From the NCBI GenBank assembly GCA_964016885.1, contig CAXHJY010000449.1, positions 62,001 to 126,000 of the forward strand: a stretch of DNA of 64,000 nucleotides. Direction: 5' to 3'. The notes below the pieces were generated by a model. The model did not search any database. It was given only the letters and a program-made list of their open reading frames with translations, and was not told the DNA's origin. Source of the DNA: Eledone cirrhosa (lineage: Eukaryota). Position 1 is the stretch's first letter; each line of letters opens with the position of its first letter. The position numbers and the translations under genes were made by a program. Shown piece after piece: positions 26,775 to 40,400 of this stretch.

Positions 26775-27480
26775 ATATATATACATATATGCACATATAT
26801 ATATATATATATATCCATATACATATATGCACATATATATATATGCATATACATATATGCACATATATATATGCATATAGATATATGCATATACATATAT
26901 GCACATATATATATGCATATAGATATATGCATATACATATATGCACATATATATATATATATATATATGCATATACATATATGCACATATATATATATAT
27001 ATATGCATATACATATATGCACATATATATATATATATATATATGCATATACATATATGCACATATATATATGCATATAGATATATGCATATATATATAT
27101 ATATATGCATATACATATATGCACATATATATATATATATATATCCATATACATATATGCACATATATATATATATATATATATGCATATACATATATGC
27201 ACATATATATATGCATATAGATATATGCATATACATATATGCACATATATATATGCATATAGATATATGCATATACATATATGCACATATATATGCACAT
27301 ATATATATATATATATATGCATATACATATATGCACATATATATATGCATATAGATATATGCATATATATATATATATGCATATACATATATGCACACAT
27401 ATATATATATACATATATGCACACATATATATATACATATGCATACATATGTATACACACACGTATACATGTATATATGC
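26775..27480. repeat. AT-rich satellite (ATATGCATATACATATATGCAC..)n
   Basis: Visible repeated units. Confidence 0.85.
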
Positions 27481-27509
27481 GTATTCATGTCTAACCACTT
27501 CTCCTTCCC

Positions 27510-28225
27510 CCGACTTTCATCCTTACAGGGTTGATAGCAAAGTACCAGTTACGCACTGGGGCTCATTTAACTGACTTCCCCTCCCCGAAAATTGTTGGCC
27601 TTGTCCCTAAATCAGAAACTTATTAATGGCGGTGAATTGGCAGTATCGGTAGAGTGTCGGACACCAGGCCTCGCAGCATAGAGTTACGGTCCTTTACGCT
27701 ATAAGTTCAAATCCCACCGAGATTAGCTTTGCCTTTCATCCTTACGGGGTCGATAAAATAAAGCACCAGTAATGCACTGGGGTCGATTTAATCGACTTTC
27801 CACTCTCGCCAAATTACTGGCCTTGTGCCTATACTAGAAATCATTATTATTATTATGGCGGTGGATTGGCAGTATCGGTAGAGGGTCGGACACCATGATT
27901 TGACGCATAGAGTTACGGCCCTTGCCATTCTGAGTTCAAATCCCGTCGAGGTTAACTTTGCCTTTCATCCTTACGAGGTCGATAAAATAAAGTACCAGTA
28001 GTACACTGGGTTATTGCTGGCCTTGTGCCAAAAGTAGAAAATTATTATTATTATTATTATCATTATTATTATCGTTATTATTATACATAGTGGTGTGATT
28101 GACAGGATCTTTACGAGGGGTCGATAAATTCAAATACCATTGAGGGATCGATATAATCGACATTCTCCACCACCCCGTTCCTCCTTCTCCCCAAATTGCT
28201 GGCCTTTTGCCAATGTTAGAGTTAC
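27510..28225 (+). mobile_element. Cluster of about 4 head-to-tail tRNA-derived SINEs
   Basis: Full copies at ~27627 and 27856, with partial copies on either side. Confidence 0.85.
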
Positions 28226-28663
28226 TGTTATTTGTTACTATTGTTGTTGTTGTTGTTGTTGTTGTTGTTATATATGTTGACGTATGCCGGAAGAAAAGAG
28301 ATTAAGCTACCAGTCAATATAAACCAAAAATCGTATCTCTAAATCAACTTTTTAAAGTCTGATACACAGTCCGAGGACTTTTCTGTTCTCCTTGCACCGG
28401 TTGTCTCCCCTTACGAAAAGAGAAAAGGAAAAGAAAAAAAAGCGAACAAAAAAAAAAAGAACTATACAACTATACAATAAATAATAAAGAATCTATGAAC
28501 GTCACAACACATTATCCTCCTCCCTCCCTCCCTCCCTCCCTCCCTCCCTAATCCCCTTTTTCCCCCGTCATGAACGCCAGTAAGACTGATAACTCCTTCT
28601 GATAATTCTGATTAGAGAACATTAAGCAACTGACTATCACATTGGTGTGTGTGTGTGTGTGTG

Positions 28664-28953
<290 letters not shown>

Positions 28954-29944
28954 CACAAACATATACATATATATAAGTTTGATAACTTTGATAGGTTTCG
29001 GCCAACATTGGCCCCTGTTATGTCTAAATAGCACCACCTGAACTTATATAAATATATACATATATATATATGCAAATATATACATATATATATATACAAA
29101 TATATACATATATATGGATATATATATATGCATATATACATATGCATATATATATACGTATCAATAATTACAACACTGACATAAACAGGTACTTAAGTTT
29201 CGTTGGGTTCTGAACCCCAAGTCATTCAGCCTGTCATAAGAAAAAAACATACATACACACACATACATATATATACATATACATATATATATAAATATAC
29301 ACATATATATATACACATACATATATATACACATACATATATATATCCATACATATATACATACACATATATACATATACATATATAAACATATATATAT
29401 GTATACATATATATATGTATACATATATATATGTATACATATATATATGTATACATATATATATGTATACATATATCTATGTATACATATATATATGTAT
29501 ACATATATATATGTATACATATATATATGTATACATATATGTATATATATATATATATATATAATATACTGAATAATTCAAGGAATGTTTTGATATACCT
29601 AAATTTCATAAATTTTTAAACCCCTACAAAAACACACACAAACATACATACAAACACACACAGACAAACACATACATACATACATATACACAGACAAACA
29701 CATACACGTACAACCATCGTTCTATTTGGACTCGTACCTACAGTTAGGGAGATGTGTTTTTTTCCCCCATTTTGCTCTCCCTGCTAAACCGACTGATGAA
29801 GCTAGAACAAACTCAAAACAATTTTATAGAATTTTCTCTCCTTCCCCATCCTCTAAACCTTTTCCCCTATCACCCCATATTCCAATTTTTTCCTCCCTAT
29901 ATTTCGTTGGATTTGTTTTCTTCTTTCTTTGCTGTCATATATAT

Positions 29945-30033
<89 letters not shown>

Positions 30034-30209
30034 ATTATATATATAATATATATATATAAACAGATATGAATGAATCGTTGAAATGTTTACGAAGAACTTT
30101 TGAAATTGGAAAAATAAAATGCTGCTCTAATTTTTAATATTTCATCTTTATTTTGTTATTCTAAATATTTAATATATATATGTTGTGTGATTATGTATAT
30201 TTTAATGCC

Positions 30210-30298
<89 letters not shown>

Positions 30299-30428
30299 CT
30301 AGCTGTTGAAACGTCAGCAGCTCAGCCACCGGCGGAGTCTGAAACCATATTACTCAGTCTACTACCCCAAGTGTCGAGTACTCTGGTGAGTAATGGTCTA
30401 ACTGGTTTGTACTGCATCCATAGTAATA

Positions 30429-30471
<43 letters not shown>

Positions 30472-30530
30472 GTGAGGTTTTTTTTACAAAATGAAAAATA
30501 ACCGAGGTGTCCTACACGAGTGGAAGTATA

Positions 30531-30780
30531 AAGAAAAAGAGATGAAATCGAAAATGCAACTGGAGTCTTATTTTTTTTTTAAATATATATATTTATTTGG
30601 TTCCTTTACCGGTTTCGCAGTTCTTCTGCTTTTCAATGTGAGAAAAACCACAGACCCTCCATCTCAACTCACATTTTGAATAGCAGAAGAACTGCGAAAC
30701 CGGTAAAGGAACCAAATAAATATATATATTTAAAAAAAAATAAGACTCCAGTTGCATTTTCGATTTCATCTCTTTTTCTT
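30531..30780. mobile_element. Foldback element (~112-bp arms) with a hammerhead-like motif in each arm
   Basis: Arms 30531-30642 / 30668-30780 are near-perfect reverse complements. Motif: TTGAAAA-GCAG-aagaa-CTGC-GAAA-CCGG-TA. Homolog at 54949-55196. Confidence 0.75.
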
Positions 30781-30786
30781 CATATA

Positions 30787-30848
<62 letters not shown>

Positions 30849-30957
30849 AAATGGCTTCTACAGGTCTAGAATTGTTTCATTCGAAGGAAAACATCAGGAA
30901 AGCCTGATGATTTCGAGTACGTTACTGTGGTTAGCCTCGATTGAACCCACGACTATC

Positions 30958-31032
<75 letters not shown>

Positions 31033-31516
31033 ATAAAAACGAAGAAGTTTCGTTCACATGTATGTATGCGTTTTATTTGATGTCAACCTGTTTCGCGTAG
31101 TTTCGCATCTCAGATTTCAGAAAAATTCAGAAATTTCAAACAAATTAAATCACATTCGATGCATTAGAAACTTCATAATTTTTTTTTATCTTAAGTGGAG
31201 AATGTCTATATCATAAAACTCTATCGTTTTTACTTACGTATACATTGTAAAAAAAAAAATTCCGCCATTTTTTTTTATTTTTTTTTTATGTGTATGTTAG
31301 TCGAATAATCTCATATCCTTCATAGAAATTATTCAGATTTTCTGCAAGTTAGGAGGATGTTAGCAACTTCTATCACAGAAAAGTACATTGCAGTAAATTT
31401 ACTTTTTTTACAATAAAAAATATCTGAATAACGTGTGAAACTGATAACATTTTGATGGTATATAAACATTTCTTTTTTTGTGATCAAATTTTCAATACAA
31501 ACACGTGTGTGTGTAC

Positions 31517-31563
<47 letters not shown>

Positions 31564-31893
31564 CATATATATATATATATGCACATATACCTATACATAG
31601 ATATTTATACATATACATACATATACGTACATATATACATATATCTATACATATATACATAGATATAGATATTTATACATATATAGATATATACATATAT
31701 ACATATATATTTATACATATATACATATATATTCATACATATATATATACATATATAGATATATACATATATCTATACATATAGATATTTATACATACAC
31801 ATATATACATATACATATATACACATATATACACATATACATATATACACTTATGCATATACATATATATACATATATTTACACGTTTATATA

Positions 31894-32810
31894 TATTGTT
31901 ATACTTTGGGAGGGTCATGGTGCCAATACAAACACACGCACTGGCTGAGTTTCATTGAAATTTATTATTAGTTAAATAACTAATCCATCGATCAGTTAGT
32001 TTAGTAACCGAGTGGTTATTTAATTATTAATTGTCAAAGCACTTTCGTCACACATCCTGTGACCTTCTCAATTACTATTTCTCTTCTGTTCTATTTTACT
32101 CCATCTTGTCTTTTTGATGTGTGTAGGTATGTGTCTTTCTGTTACGTTTTCCCTCCAAGTCCTTGTACGTGTGCATGTCTTAGCGACATACCAAATCAGA
32201 ACCAAAACATGGAGATTCACTGGAAAACATTGAAATAAAATATATCTACACACCAAACAGATGCAATGCAATGCTCAGTTAGATTTCAGAAGCGACATAC
32301 AAAACTGAATGTAAGCCAAAACTCAATAGAAAGCATGAATGGAATAACAACCCAACAACAGTGACTAAGAAGCATATAAGGACACAAAAGAAGAAAATCT
32401 TATAGGATACACAGATATAGAATACAAAATATAGAACTAGTGACGAACAAGAGAAACAAACAAAACAAAACACGCATGCACACAAAGATTTGGAGAAAAA
32501 TGAGGCAAAGACACACATGCACACACCGAAGTAATATAGACACACGCACAAACGTGCGTAGGCCAGATACACCCCTCAAAAAGACAAGATGGAGTAAAAT
32601 AGAATAGAGGAGAAACAGACCAATATCTAGTCATTGGGAAGGTCACAGGATGTGTGACAAAAGAACTTTGACAATTAATAATTAAACATCCACCTGGTTA
32701 CTAAAGTATCCGTTAAATTGATTAGTTATTCAACTAATACTAAATTTAAGTGAAACTCAATGGTGCGTGTGGTTTTATTGTCAACATGACTCTACCAAAG
32801 TATAACTATA
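31894..32810. mobile_element. Element with ~185-bp diverged inverted arms, each with a hammerhead-like motif
   Basis: 31894-32077 versus 32628-32810 are reverse-complementary. Consensus motif GTCA-TTGAGAA-G-GTCAC-aggatgt-GTGAC-GAAA-GTRC-TT-TGAC. Confidence 0.65.
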
Positions 32811-32879
32811 TTGGTTTTAACATACGATTTCACATCAAATATCTTGCGAAGGAAAAAAAAAATGAAGTATGTGTGTGAG

Positions 32880-33560
32880 TATCTGTGTGATGGTCGTGGG
32901 GGTAAGAGTCCTCAAATATTCCTTCCAGTGAGTCCTGTCAGAAACGACTATCTCCAATTGTTCCAGCCGGATCCCCAAGCGTGACCAGCCAAGCTCATGG
33001 ATGCTATCCAACCATTTTGCTCTGAATCTACGCCTGGGTTTTCTGCCCATTGGTCTTGCCCATAAAACCTGTCCAGCAATTCTTTCTTGAGACAGTCTAA
33101 CCACATGCCCGTAATATCGGAGCTGTGATCTCACTATTCGGAGAAGTAGCGGCTCTCCATCTCCGAGCTACGAACTCTATCGAGTAACGTTTGCTCCGAA
33201 GATCGTTCGGAGGAACCCCATTTCGGCCGGTTGTATTCGCAATCGTATTCTTTCAGTCATTACCTAAGGTTCGTGGCCATAGGTATGGGTTGGCACAAAG
33301 ACCGAATTGAAGATAGCGAGTTTGGCTTTTACACCTACTGCTGATTATAGAATGGTGAAGCTCGGTCAACTGCTGGTTGGTTTTGCCCTTAAAATCTGTC
33401 CTGCGATTCTTTCCTGAGACATTCTAACCTCATGCCCGTAATATCGGAGCTGTGATCTTACAATTCGGAGAAGTAACACCTCTACCTGAAGCGATTCTCT
33501 GATCTCCGTTGCCCTACAGTCGAGCTTAATAGTTGAGCTTTTAAGCGTTTTTCTATGATG
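32880..33560 (-). mobile_element. Decayed RTE (Expander/Rex3-like) LINE 3' fragments, partly duplicated
   Basis: Minus-strand peptides ..TYGHEP*VMTERIRLRIQPAEMGFLR.. and SQLRYYGHVVRLSQERIAGQVLWARPMGRKPRRR..W. The SQLRYYGH block occurs twice. Confidence 0.8.
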
Positions 33561-33735
33561 TTGTGCGGGATATAACTTTACCAAAATACAAGATTCGCCA
33601 TCGAAATAACATCGATTGATACCATTAATTCACAGATATATCGGAGCTGGGATTTATCGGACATTCACATCTTAATATCTGCCATTCTGGATAACCACAT
33701 GTACGCGCGTGTGTGTGTGTGTGTGTGTATGTGTA

Positions 33736-33823
<88 letters not shown>

Positions 33824-34387
33824 CGTGCGTGTGTGCGTGCGTGCGTGTGTGTGTACATATGGATATAGATAACTAGAGAGACATTTCAATACATATAATC
33901 ATATACTTAAACACATATATACTTACATACATACATATAGAAACAAAGAAAGTGTGGTAAGGAACCAGGTGTACCAGAGTACCCGATACTTAAGGTAGTA
34001 GAGTGGGTAATAAAAAAGTCAAGACCCCGACGGATCTAGCTGTCGAAACGGCCGGAGCTCAGCCGTCGGGGTCCTGACTTTTTCCTACATATATATATAT
34101 ATATATACATACACATACATACATATATGCTTACATATATGCATATACATACCTACATATATACATACATATACTTACCTACATATATAGTATGAGAGAG
34201 AGAAAGATTGTTGTGTATGTCTGTGGCTGAGCTATCCTTGTTAAAACTATAAATCTGCAAAGTTGAGCCGAGGTTAAATGAAGTGATGTTTATATTAGCA
34301 ATAACACTTAAACGGCTAAGATGAGACACCATTGGAAGTACAAGTAACCAGTATAACTGTATCGCCAACAGCGACATCTTGTGGATA

Positions 34388-34491
34388 TGCATAGCGTCCC
34401 AAAACAATGTATGCATACTTTGATTACCTGTACAGGCGATATTTATTAGAATACTATTGAAGTCTGTATACATTTTTTCCGACAACCTGTA
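34388..34491. mobile_element. ~105-bp Tc1/mariner-type MITE
   Basis: Aligns to 17069-17173. Confidence 0.6.
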
Positions 34492-34526
34492 TACACATTC
34501 TTGTGTATACATATGTGTGCGCGCGT

Positions 34527-34565
<39 letters not shown>

Positions 34566-34599
34566 TATATTTATGTATATATGTAAGTATATATATGTT

Positions 34600-34652
<53 letters not shown>

Positions 34653-34856
34653 ATATATATATACATGTTTATATATATACGTGTGTATACGTGTATATAT
34701 ACACAGGTTGATGATTTCTTCCGAGTTAAACAGTTCTAGTCCTGTAGAAACCTTTTCTATATTAAGTAAATGTTTATATATATATATATATATGTTTATT
34801 TATATATGTTTATATATATATGTGTTTATATATACACGTTATACATACACAAGGTT

Positions 34857-34939
<83 letters not shown>

Positions 34940-34944
<5 letters not shown>

Positions 34945-35300
34945 ATATAGTGTATTTTGCAATACACTGTATGCTTAATTAAAAGCATTTCAAAGAACTT
35001 CTGCTATTGTTTTAGAGTAGTGACAGTCTCACTTACTTTAATTTTCAGAAAACAGGGGGAGATAAAGCTGACAAGGCCTTGTTTCGCATTTATTGATTCT
35101 TATCAAAGCCAACTACTCCTCCTGTTTGCTGAAATCATGGATGTTTGGTTCTTATAGAATTCTAGTAAATAATCAGGAACTGGTTATACAGAGCTTAAGC
35201 ATACAGTGTATTGCAAAATACACTATATATACATTCATATATATATAGCTATTTCAGAGCACCAATTCTAATTTTCAATTTCTGCTTGACCGGCGATCGC
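34940..35300. mobile_element. Dispersed repeat with 36-bp inverted duplication and an inverted terminal segment
   Basis: TATATAGTGTATTTTGCAATACACTGTATGCTTAA at ~34943 is inverted at ~35195-35231. A colinear homolog lies at 53835-54140, whose last ~55 bp are inverted here (35245-35300). Confidence 0.6.
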
Positions 35301-35442
35301 TGGTTGCTATGCGTTAGCGCGTGAATCTGGTTGCTATGTGCTAGCCAGCGCGTGAGGCTGGTTCTGTTTCTGTCTTTACCAGGCAAGCAATGTTTAATGT
35401 TTCTGGGTCATTTATTTTGTTTGTTTCATAATAATCTTTGAC

Positions 35443-35524
<82 letters not shown>

Positions 35525-36311
35525 ATATAATAATACATATGTGTATATATATATATATTATATGTATATAATATATATAATATATAGATATATATATATA
35601 TAATATATATAATATATAGATATATATATATAATATCTATATAATATATATATTATATATGTATAATATCTATATAATATATATATTATATATGTATAAT
35701 ATTTATATATTATATAGATATTATATATATATAATACATAATATACAAATATTATACATATATAATATATATATTTTTTTATATATAAATATATTATATA
35801 ATATATATGCCAGGTAGTGCTATTAAGTTAGACATGGCCTGGGCCAATACTGGCCGAAACGTCTCAAAGTTATATATACGGGATCGATAAAATAATAAAA
35901 TAAAGCGCCAGTAATGCACTGGGGTAATTGCTGGCCTTGTGCCAAGAGTAGATACAATAATATATATATTTTAAAAACAACTCCAGAGAAGTTCGTTTAT
36001 TGTCCAGTATGAAATAGTTTCAATACAAAACAAACATATTCAATATAATAAACCTCAGAATGTCAGGAAAGGCCAGACATTATATAAAACTCATTGAGCT
36101 TAAAACACTATTAAAGGTAACAAAAGCTAAGTTACACTGACAAACAGTATCCGTGTAAAGAAATACACACACACAGAGACACATATATATATATATATAT
36201 TATATCTATACATATATCTAATATATATATATATATATTATACCTATACATATATATTATATCTATACATATATCTAATATATATATATATATATTATAC
36301 CTATACATATA

Positions 36312-36353
<42 letters not shown>

Positions 36354-36365
36354 CCTATACATATA

Positions 36366-36429
<64 letters not shown>

Positions 36430-36646
36430 CCTATACATATATCTAATATATATATATATATACATATATATAATATATATATATATATATAATATATATA
36501 TATTATACCTATACATATATCTAATATTTATATATATATAAATATATATAATATATATATATATATATAATATATATATATATTATACCTATACATATAT
36601 CTAATATATATATAATATATATATATATATTATACCTATACATATA

Positions 36647-36706
<60 letters not shown>

Positions 36707-36729
36707 TATATAATATATATATAATATAT

Positions 36730-36773
<44 letters not shown>

Positions 36774-36910
36774 GTTGGGATTTTTTGAAATTGTTGGGAT
36801 ACAACAAGCAAATATTTTTATAACTGATATAAAGCACTCAACAAATTATTGGAGTAAAAATACGATATATTAACAAATGGAAACTATATTTATAAAACCA
36901 TATTCATTTC

Positions 36911-36966
36911 ATTATACATATTTCAAGGACACCAAGTCAAATTATGGTGCGCTTTCATCAGATAAA
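36911..36966 (-). ncRNA. Minimal type I hammerhead ribozyme motif
   Basis: Reverse complement of 37081-37136. Confidence 0.6.
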
Positions 36967-37080
36967 ATATAATATAGATCAGTTTTATAAATAAATAGTT
37001 ATCCGGGAGCTTCCAACAGAAATGGTCGCATTATTTAAGGGTATGTCAATATTTATTTATAAAACTGATCTATATTATAT

Positions 37081-37136
37081 TTTATCTGATGAAAGCGCAC
37101 CATAATTTGACTTGGTGTCCTTGAAATATGTATAAT
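37081..37136 (+). ncRNA. Minimal type I hammerhead ribozyme motif
   Basis: CTGATGA, helix II AAGCGCACCA/TGGTGTCCTT, GAAA, TATG, then TA (GUA site). Helix I is short (TTA/TAA) with one extra U before the core. Confidence 0.6.
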
Positions 37137-37343
37137 GAAATAATATGGTTTTATAAATATAGTTTCCATTTGTTAATATATCATATATATATATAATATA
37201 TATATATATTATACTTATACATGTATCTAATATATATATATATTATACCTATACATGTATCTAATATATATATATATATTATACCTATACATGTATCTAA
37301 TATATATATATATTATACCTATACATGTATCTATTATATATAC

Positions 37344-37375
<32 letters not shown>

Positions 37376-37468
37376 GTATATATATATATGTATATATATA
37401 TATATGTATATATATATATGTATATATATATATGTATAAATATATATGTATATATGTATATATATATG

Positions 37469-37500
<32 letters not shown>

Positions 37501-37620
37501 TGTAAATATATATGTATATATATATATGTATATATATATATGTATATATATATGTAAATATATATGTATATATATATATGTATATATATATATGTATATA
37601 TATGTATATATATATATATG

Positions 37621-37651
<31 letters not shown>

Positions 37652-37742
37652 GTATATATATATGTATATATATATGTATTTATATATATATATGTATATT
37701 TATATATATATGTATATATATATGTATATATATATATGTATA

Positions 37743-37801
<59 letters not shown>

Positions 37802-38016
37802 GTATATATATGTATATATATATATATATAATACTTATACATCATATATATATACGTATATATATATATACATATTATATATACATTTGTATATACACAT
37901 ATATATATATATTCATGTGTGTGTGTGTTCGGAGCCATTCACGCTGACATAGTCGAAGAAAATACTTCTAGTATTTCAAGCTTAAAATATAGAAATACGG
38001 AAACATAATATTTGAT

Positions 38017-38068
<52 letters not shown>

Positions 38069-38235
38069 CATACACTAATTTCTGATTTAATCAATATATA
38101 TATAATATATATTTCAATAATGTTTCTCAGTACAAACCTCTATAAACAGCAGTTCCGAGCATCAATCATATAAATTTAAAGCATATATCAATCGATATAT
38201 TCTGTTCTATATGGTTTAAACACACACACATCCTA

Positions 38236-38273
<38 letters not shown>

Positions 38274-38323
38274 TTAATTCAAAATATTAACAAAATAGAT
38301 ATTCTTGTGATCAAGTATATTTT

Positions 38324-38381
38324 ATTATACATATTTCAGAGGTACTGAGCTATCTTCAACAGTACGTCCTCATCAGATAAA
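38324..38381 (-). ncRNA. Minimal type I hammerhead ribozyme motif (diverged relative of 37081)
   Basis: Minus strand TTTAT-CTGATGA-GGACGTACTG-loop-CAGTACCTCT-GAAA-TATG-TA-TAAT. Confidence 0.6.
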
Positions 38382-38586
38382 ATAAGATGATGCTTGACAT
38401 ACCTTGACTAAGTAGATGGTTAAAATTCAGTCATGGCAGTCTTGACTCGTGTGTTACACCTCTATTCTTTTAAATATATATATATATAATAGTAGAACAC
38501 TGGTGAGGTATATCCGTAGTAGTAGAGCACTCAGTCCATGGGACGAGTTTGGTAGAAGTAGTAACACAACAGTTAGTTCACCATAC

Positions 38587-38625
38587 CGAGAATAATTGTT
38601 TCACCTTATGCGGATCTTCAGCTCG
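38587..38625 (-). ncRNA. Degenerate minimal hammerhead motif
   Basis: Minus strand CGAG-CTGAAGA-tccgcataaggt-GAAA-CAATTA-TT-CTCG. Helix I is intact and helix II is weak. Confidence 0.4.
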
Positions 38626-38851
38626 TCCGAGCTGTTACTACTTTATATATATATATATTGTATATTGTTGAAAAAAATTCAACCAGGATCGCTATATGTA
38701 TCGGTATTAGACCCGTGTTAAACTAATTAGACATTTATTCAATAGAGTACTCGATAATTGGGATAATAGAGTGTGACTATATTAGAAAGAGTCGGAATTA
38801 GCTGTTGAAACGGCAAGAGCTCAGCCGTAGAGCCCCGACTCTTTCTAACAC

Positions 38852-38880
<29 letters not shown>

Positions 38881-38882
<2 letters not shown>

Positions 38883-39265
38883 CAGGGTTATGTTAACACT
38901 AGTATGAGAATTATGTTAACACTAGTATGAGAGAAAATATTTATTCAGAATTTACTGAACAGTCTCAACCTGGTCACCAGCATGATCAATACACAAAAAC
39001 CAGCGATCAACAGTACAATTTGGTGCCGTGATACACATTTCGCGGGGGATACTTCATATGACACCTTGTATTCTGTCCTTGAGTTCATCGATGTGTCTAA
39101 CTTTTTTGCTATACACGCGCTGCTTTACTATGCCCCATAACCAGAAGCCACAGGGTGTCAGTTCAAGAGAGTGTGCAGGCCATGCCAATGGTCCACCGCG
39201 ACCTATCCAACAATTTGGAAATGTTTGATCGAGAAAAGTGTTAACATATTTTGACTCACCCTGTA
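38881..39265 (-). mobile_element. Internally deleted Tc1/mariner-superfamily transposon with a transposase remnant
   Basis: Minus strand FPNCWIGRGGPLAWPAHSLELTPCGFWLWGIVKQRVY matches the WPxxSPDLxPxDFxLWG motif. The ends TACAGGGT..TATGTTAACAC / GTGTTAACATATTTTGACTCACCCTGTA sit in (TA)n. Confidence 0.85.
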
Positions 39266-39326
39266 TATATATATATATATATATATATAGAAAGATTTGA
39301 ATGGATACAGTTTAGTTGAAAGGAAT

Positions 39327-39443
39327 TTATTGACACGTGTTTCTATAACAGTTACATAACCTAAAACAGCTATCTACAAACTTTTAGTTATGCAGACATT
39401 CAATATTTCAATGTTATTATTTACTGTCATTTCATCAGAATAA
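39327..39443 (-). ncRNA. Type I hammerhead ribozyme motif with long helix-II insert
   Basis: Reverse complement of 40284-40400. Confidence 0.65.
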
Positions 39444-40283
39444 TATTACTGAGGACCTATTTAGTTTTTATAGAGAATATTAGGAGGGAGGGGTGAAGTT
39501 GTTAGAAGAATAGTTGAAGGAGTGGTTTTTCGATAGCAGTGAGAATTCTTGGTGGCAGTGAGTAATTAGATTCCCATCTGTTGTTTTGACATTTTTTATA
39601 GAATATATTATTGGTTATTTTTCTAAATCTATAGAAGGATTAGAGATAGTAAAGATATGCGTGGTTGGTTTTGTGTTTGCACTTAACATTCAGACTTAAA
39701 TTTTTCTTTCAAGTGTACGTATTCTTTCACCCACGCATTCACACACAAATATATTTGCACACCTCTACAACATGGACTAGAGTGTGTATGTATATATGTG
39801 TGTGTCTATACGTGTGTACATATAAAGATAAGTTGAGTATGAAAATGTATACACATGAGCGCGTATGTATGTACATGAATACATGTGTGTATATATATGT
39901 GTATGCATGTGTATATATATGTAAGTATGAATATGTGAATTGTGAGTATATGTATTTTGTAGAGGTGTGCAAATATATTTGTGTGTGAATGCGTGGGTGA
40001 AAGAATACGTACACTTGAAAGAAAAATTTAAGTCTGAATGTTAAGTGCAAACACAAAACCAACCACGCATATCTTTACTATCTCTAATCCTTCTATAGAT
40101 TTAGAAAAATAACCAATAATATATTCTATAAAAAATGTCAAAACAACAGATGGGAATCTAATTACTCACTGCCACCAAGAATTCTCACTGCTATCGAAAA
40201 ACCACTCCTTCAACTATTCTTCTAACAACTTCACCCCTCCCTCCTAATATTCTCTATAAAAACTAAATAGGTCCTCAGTAATA

Positions 40284-40400
40284 TTATTCTGATGAAATGA
40301 CAGTAAATAATAACATTGAAATATTGAATGTCTGCATAACTAAAAGTTTGTAGATAGCTGTTTTAGGTTATGTAACTGTTATAGAAACACGTGTCAATAA
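40284..40400 (+). ncRNA. Type I hammerhead ribozyme motif with long helix-II insert
   Basis: TTATT-CTGATGA-a-ATGACAGT-[70 nt]-ACTGTTAT-a-GAAA-CACGTG-TC-AATAA. Helix I is 5 bp, helix III is palindromic (ACACGTGT), the site is GUC, and there is an A.A mismatch at the base of helix II. Confidence 0.65.

Larger units (their letters stand above)
36864..37182. mobile_element. Foldback Penelope-like terminal-repeat element (~133-bp arms)
   Basis: Arms 36864-36997 / 37050-37182. A single-orientation copy at ~49600-49860 shows that the spacer is the reverse-complement continuation of the right arm. Confidence 0.75.

Noticed and set aside
28985-29015. GGCCAA-TG-TTGGCC-GAAAC (- strand; similar on + at ~35838-35865) as a hammerhead
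   Set aside because: Only the 3' half is present, with no upstream CUGANGA core.
39665-40062. Two 107-aa ORFs with identical N-termini on opposite strands
   Set aside because: They are a by-product of the palindrome and have no protein motif.
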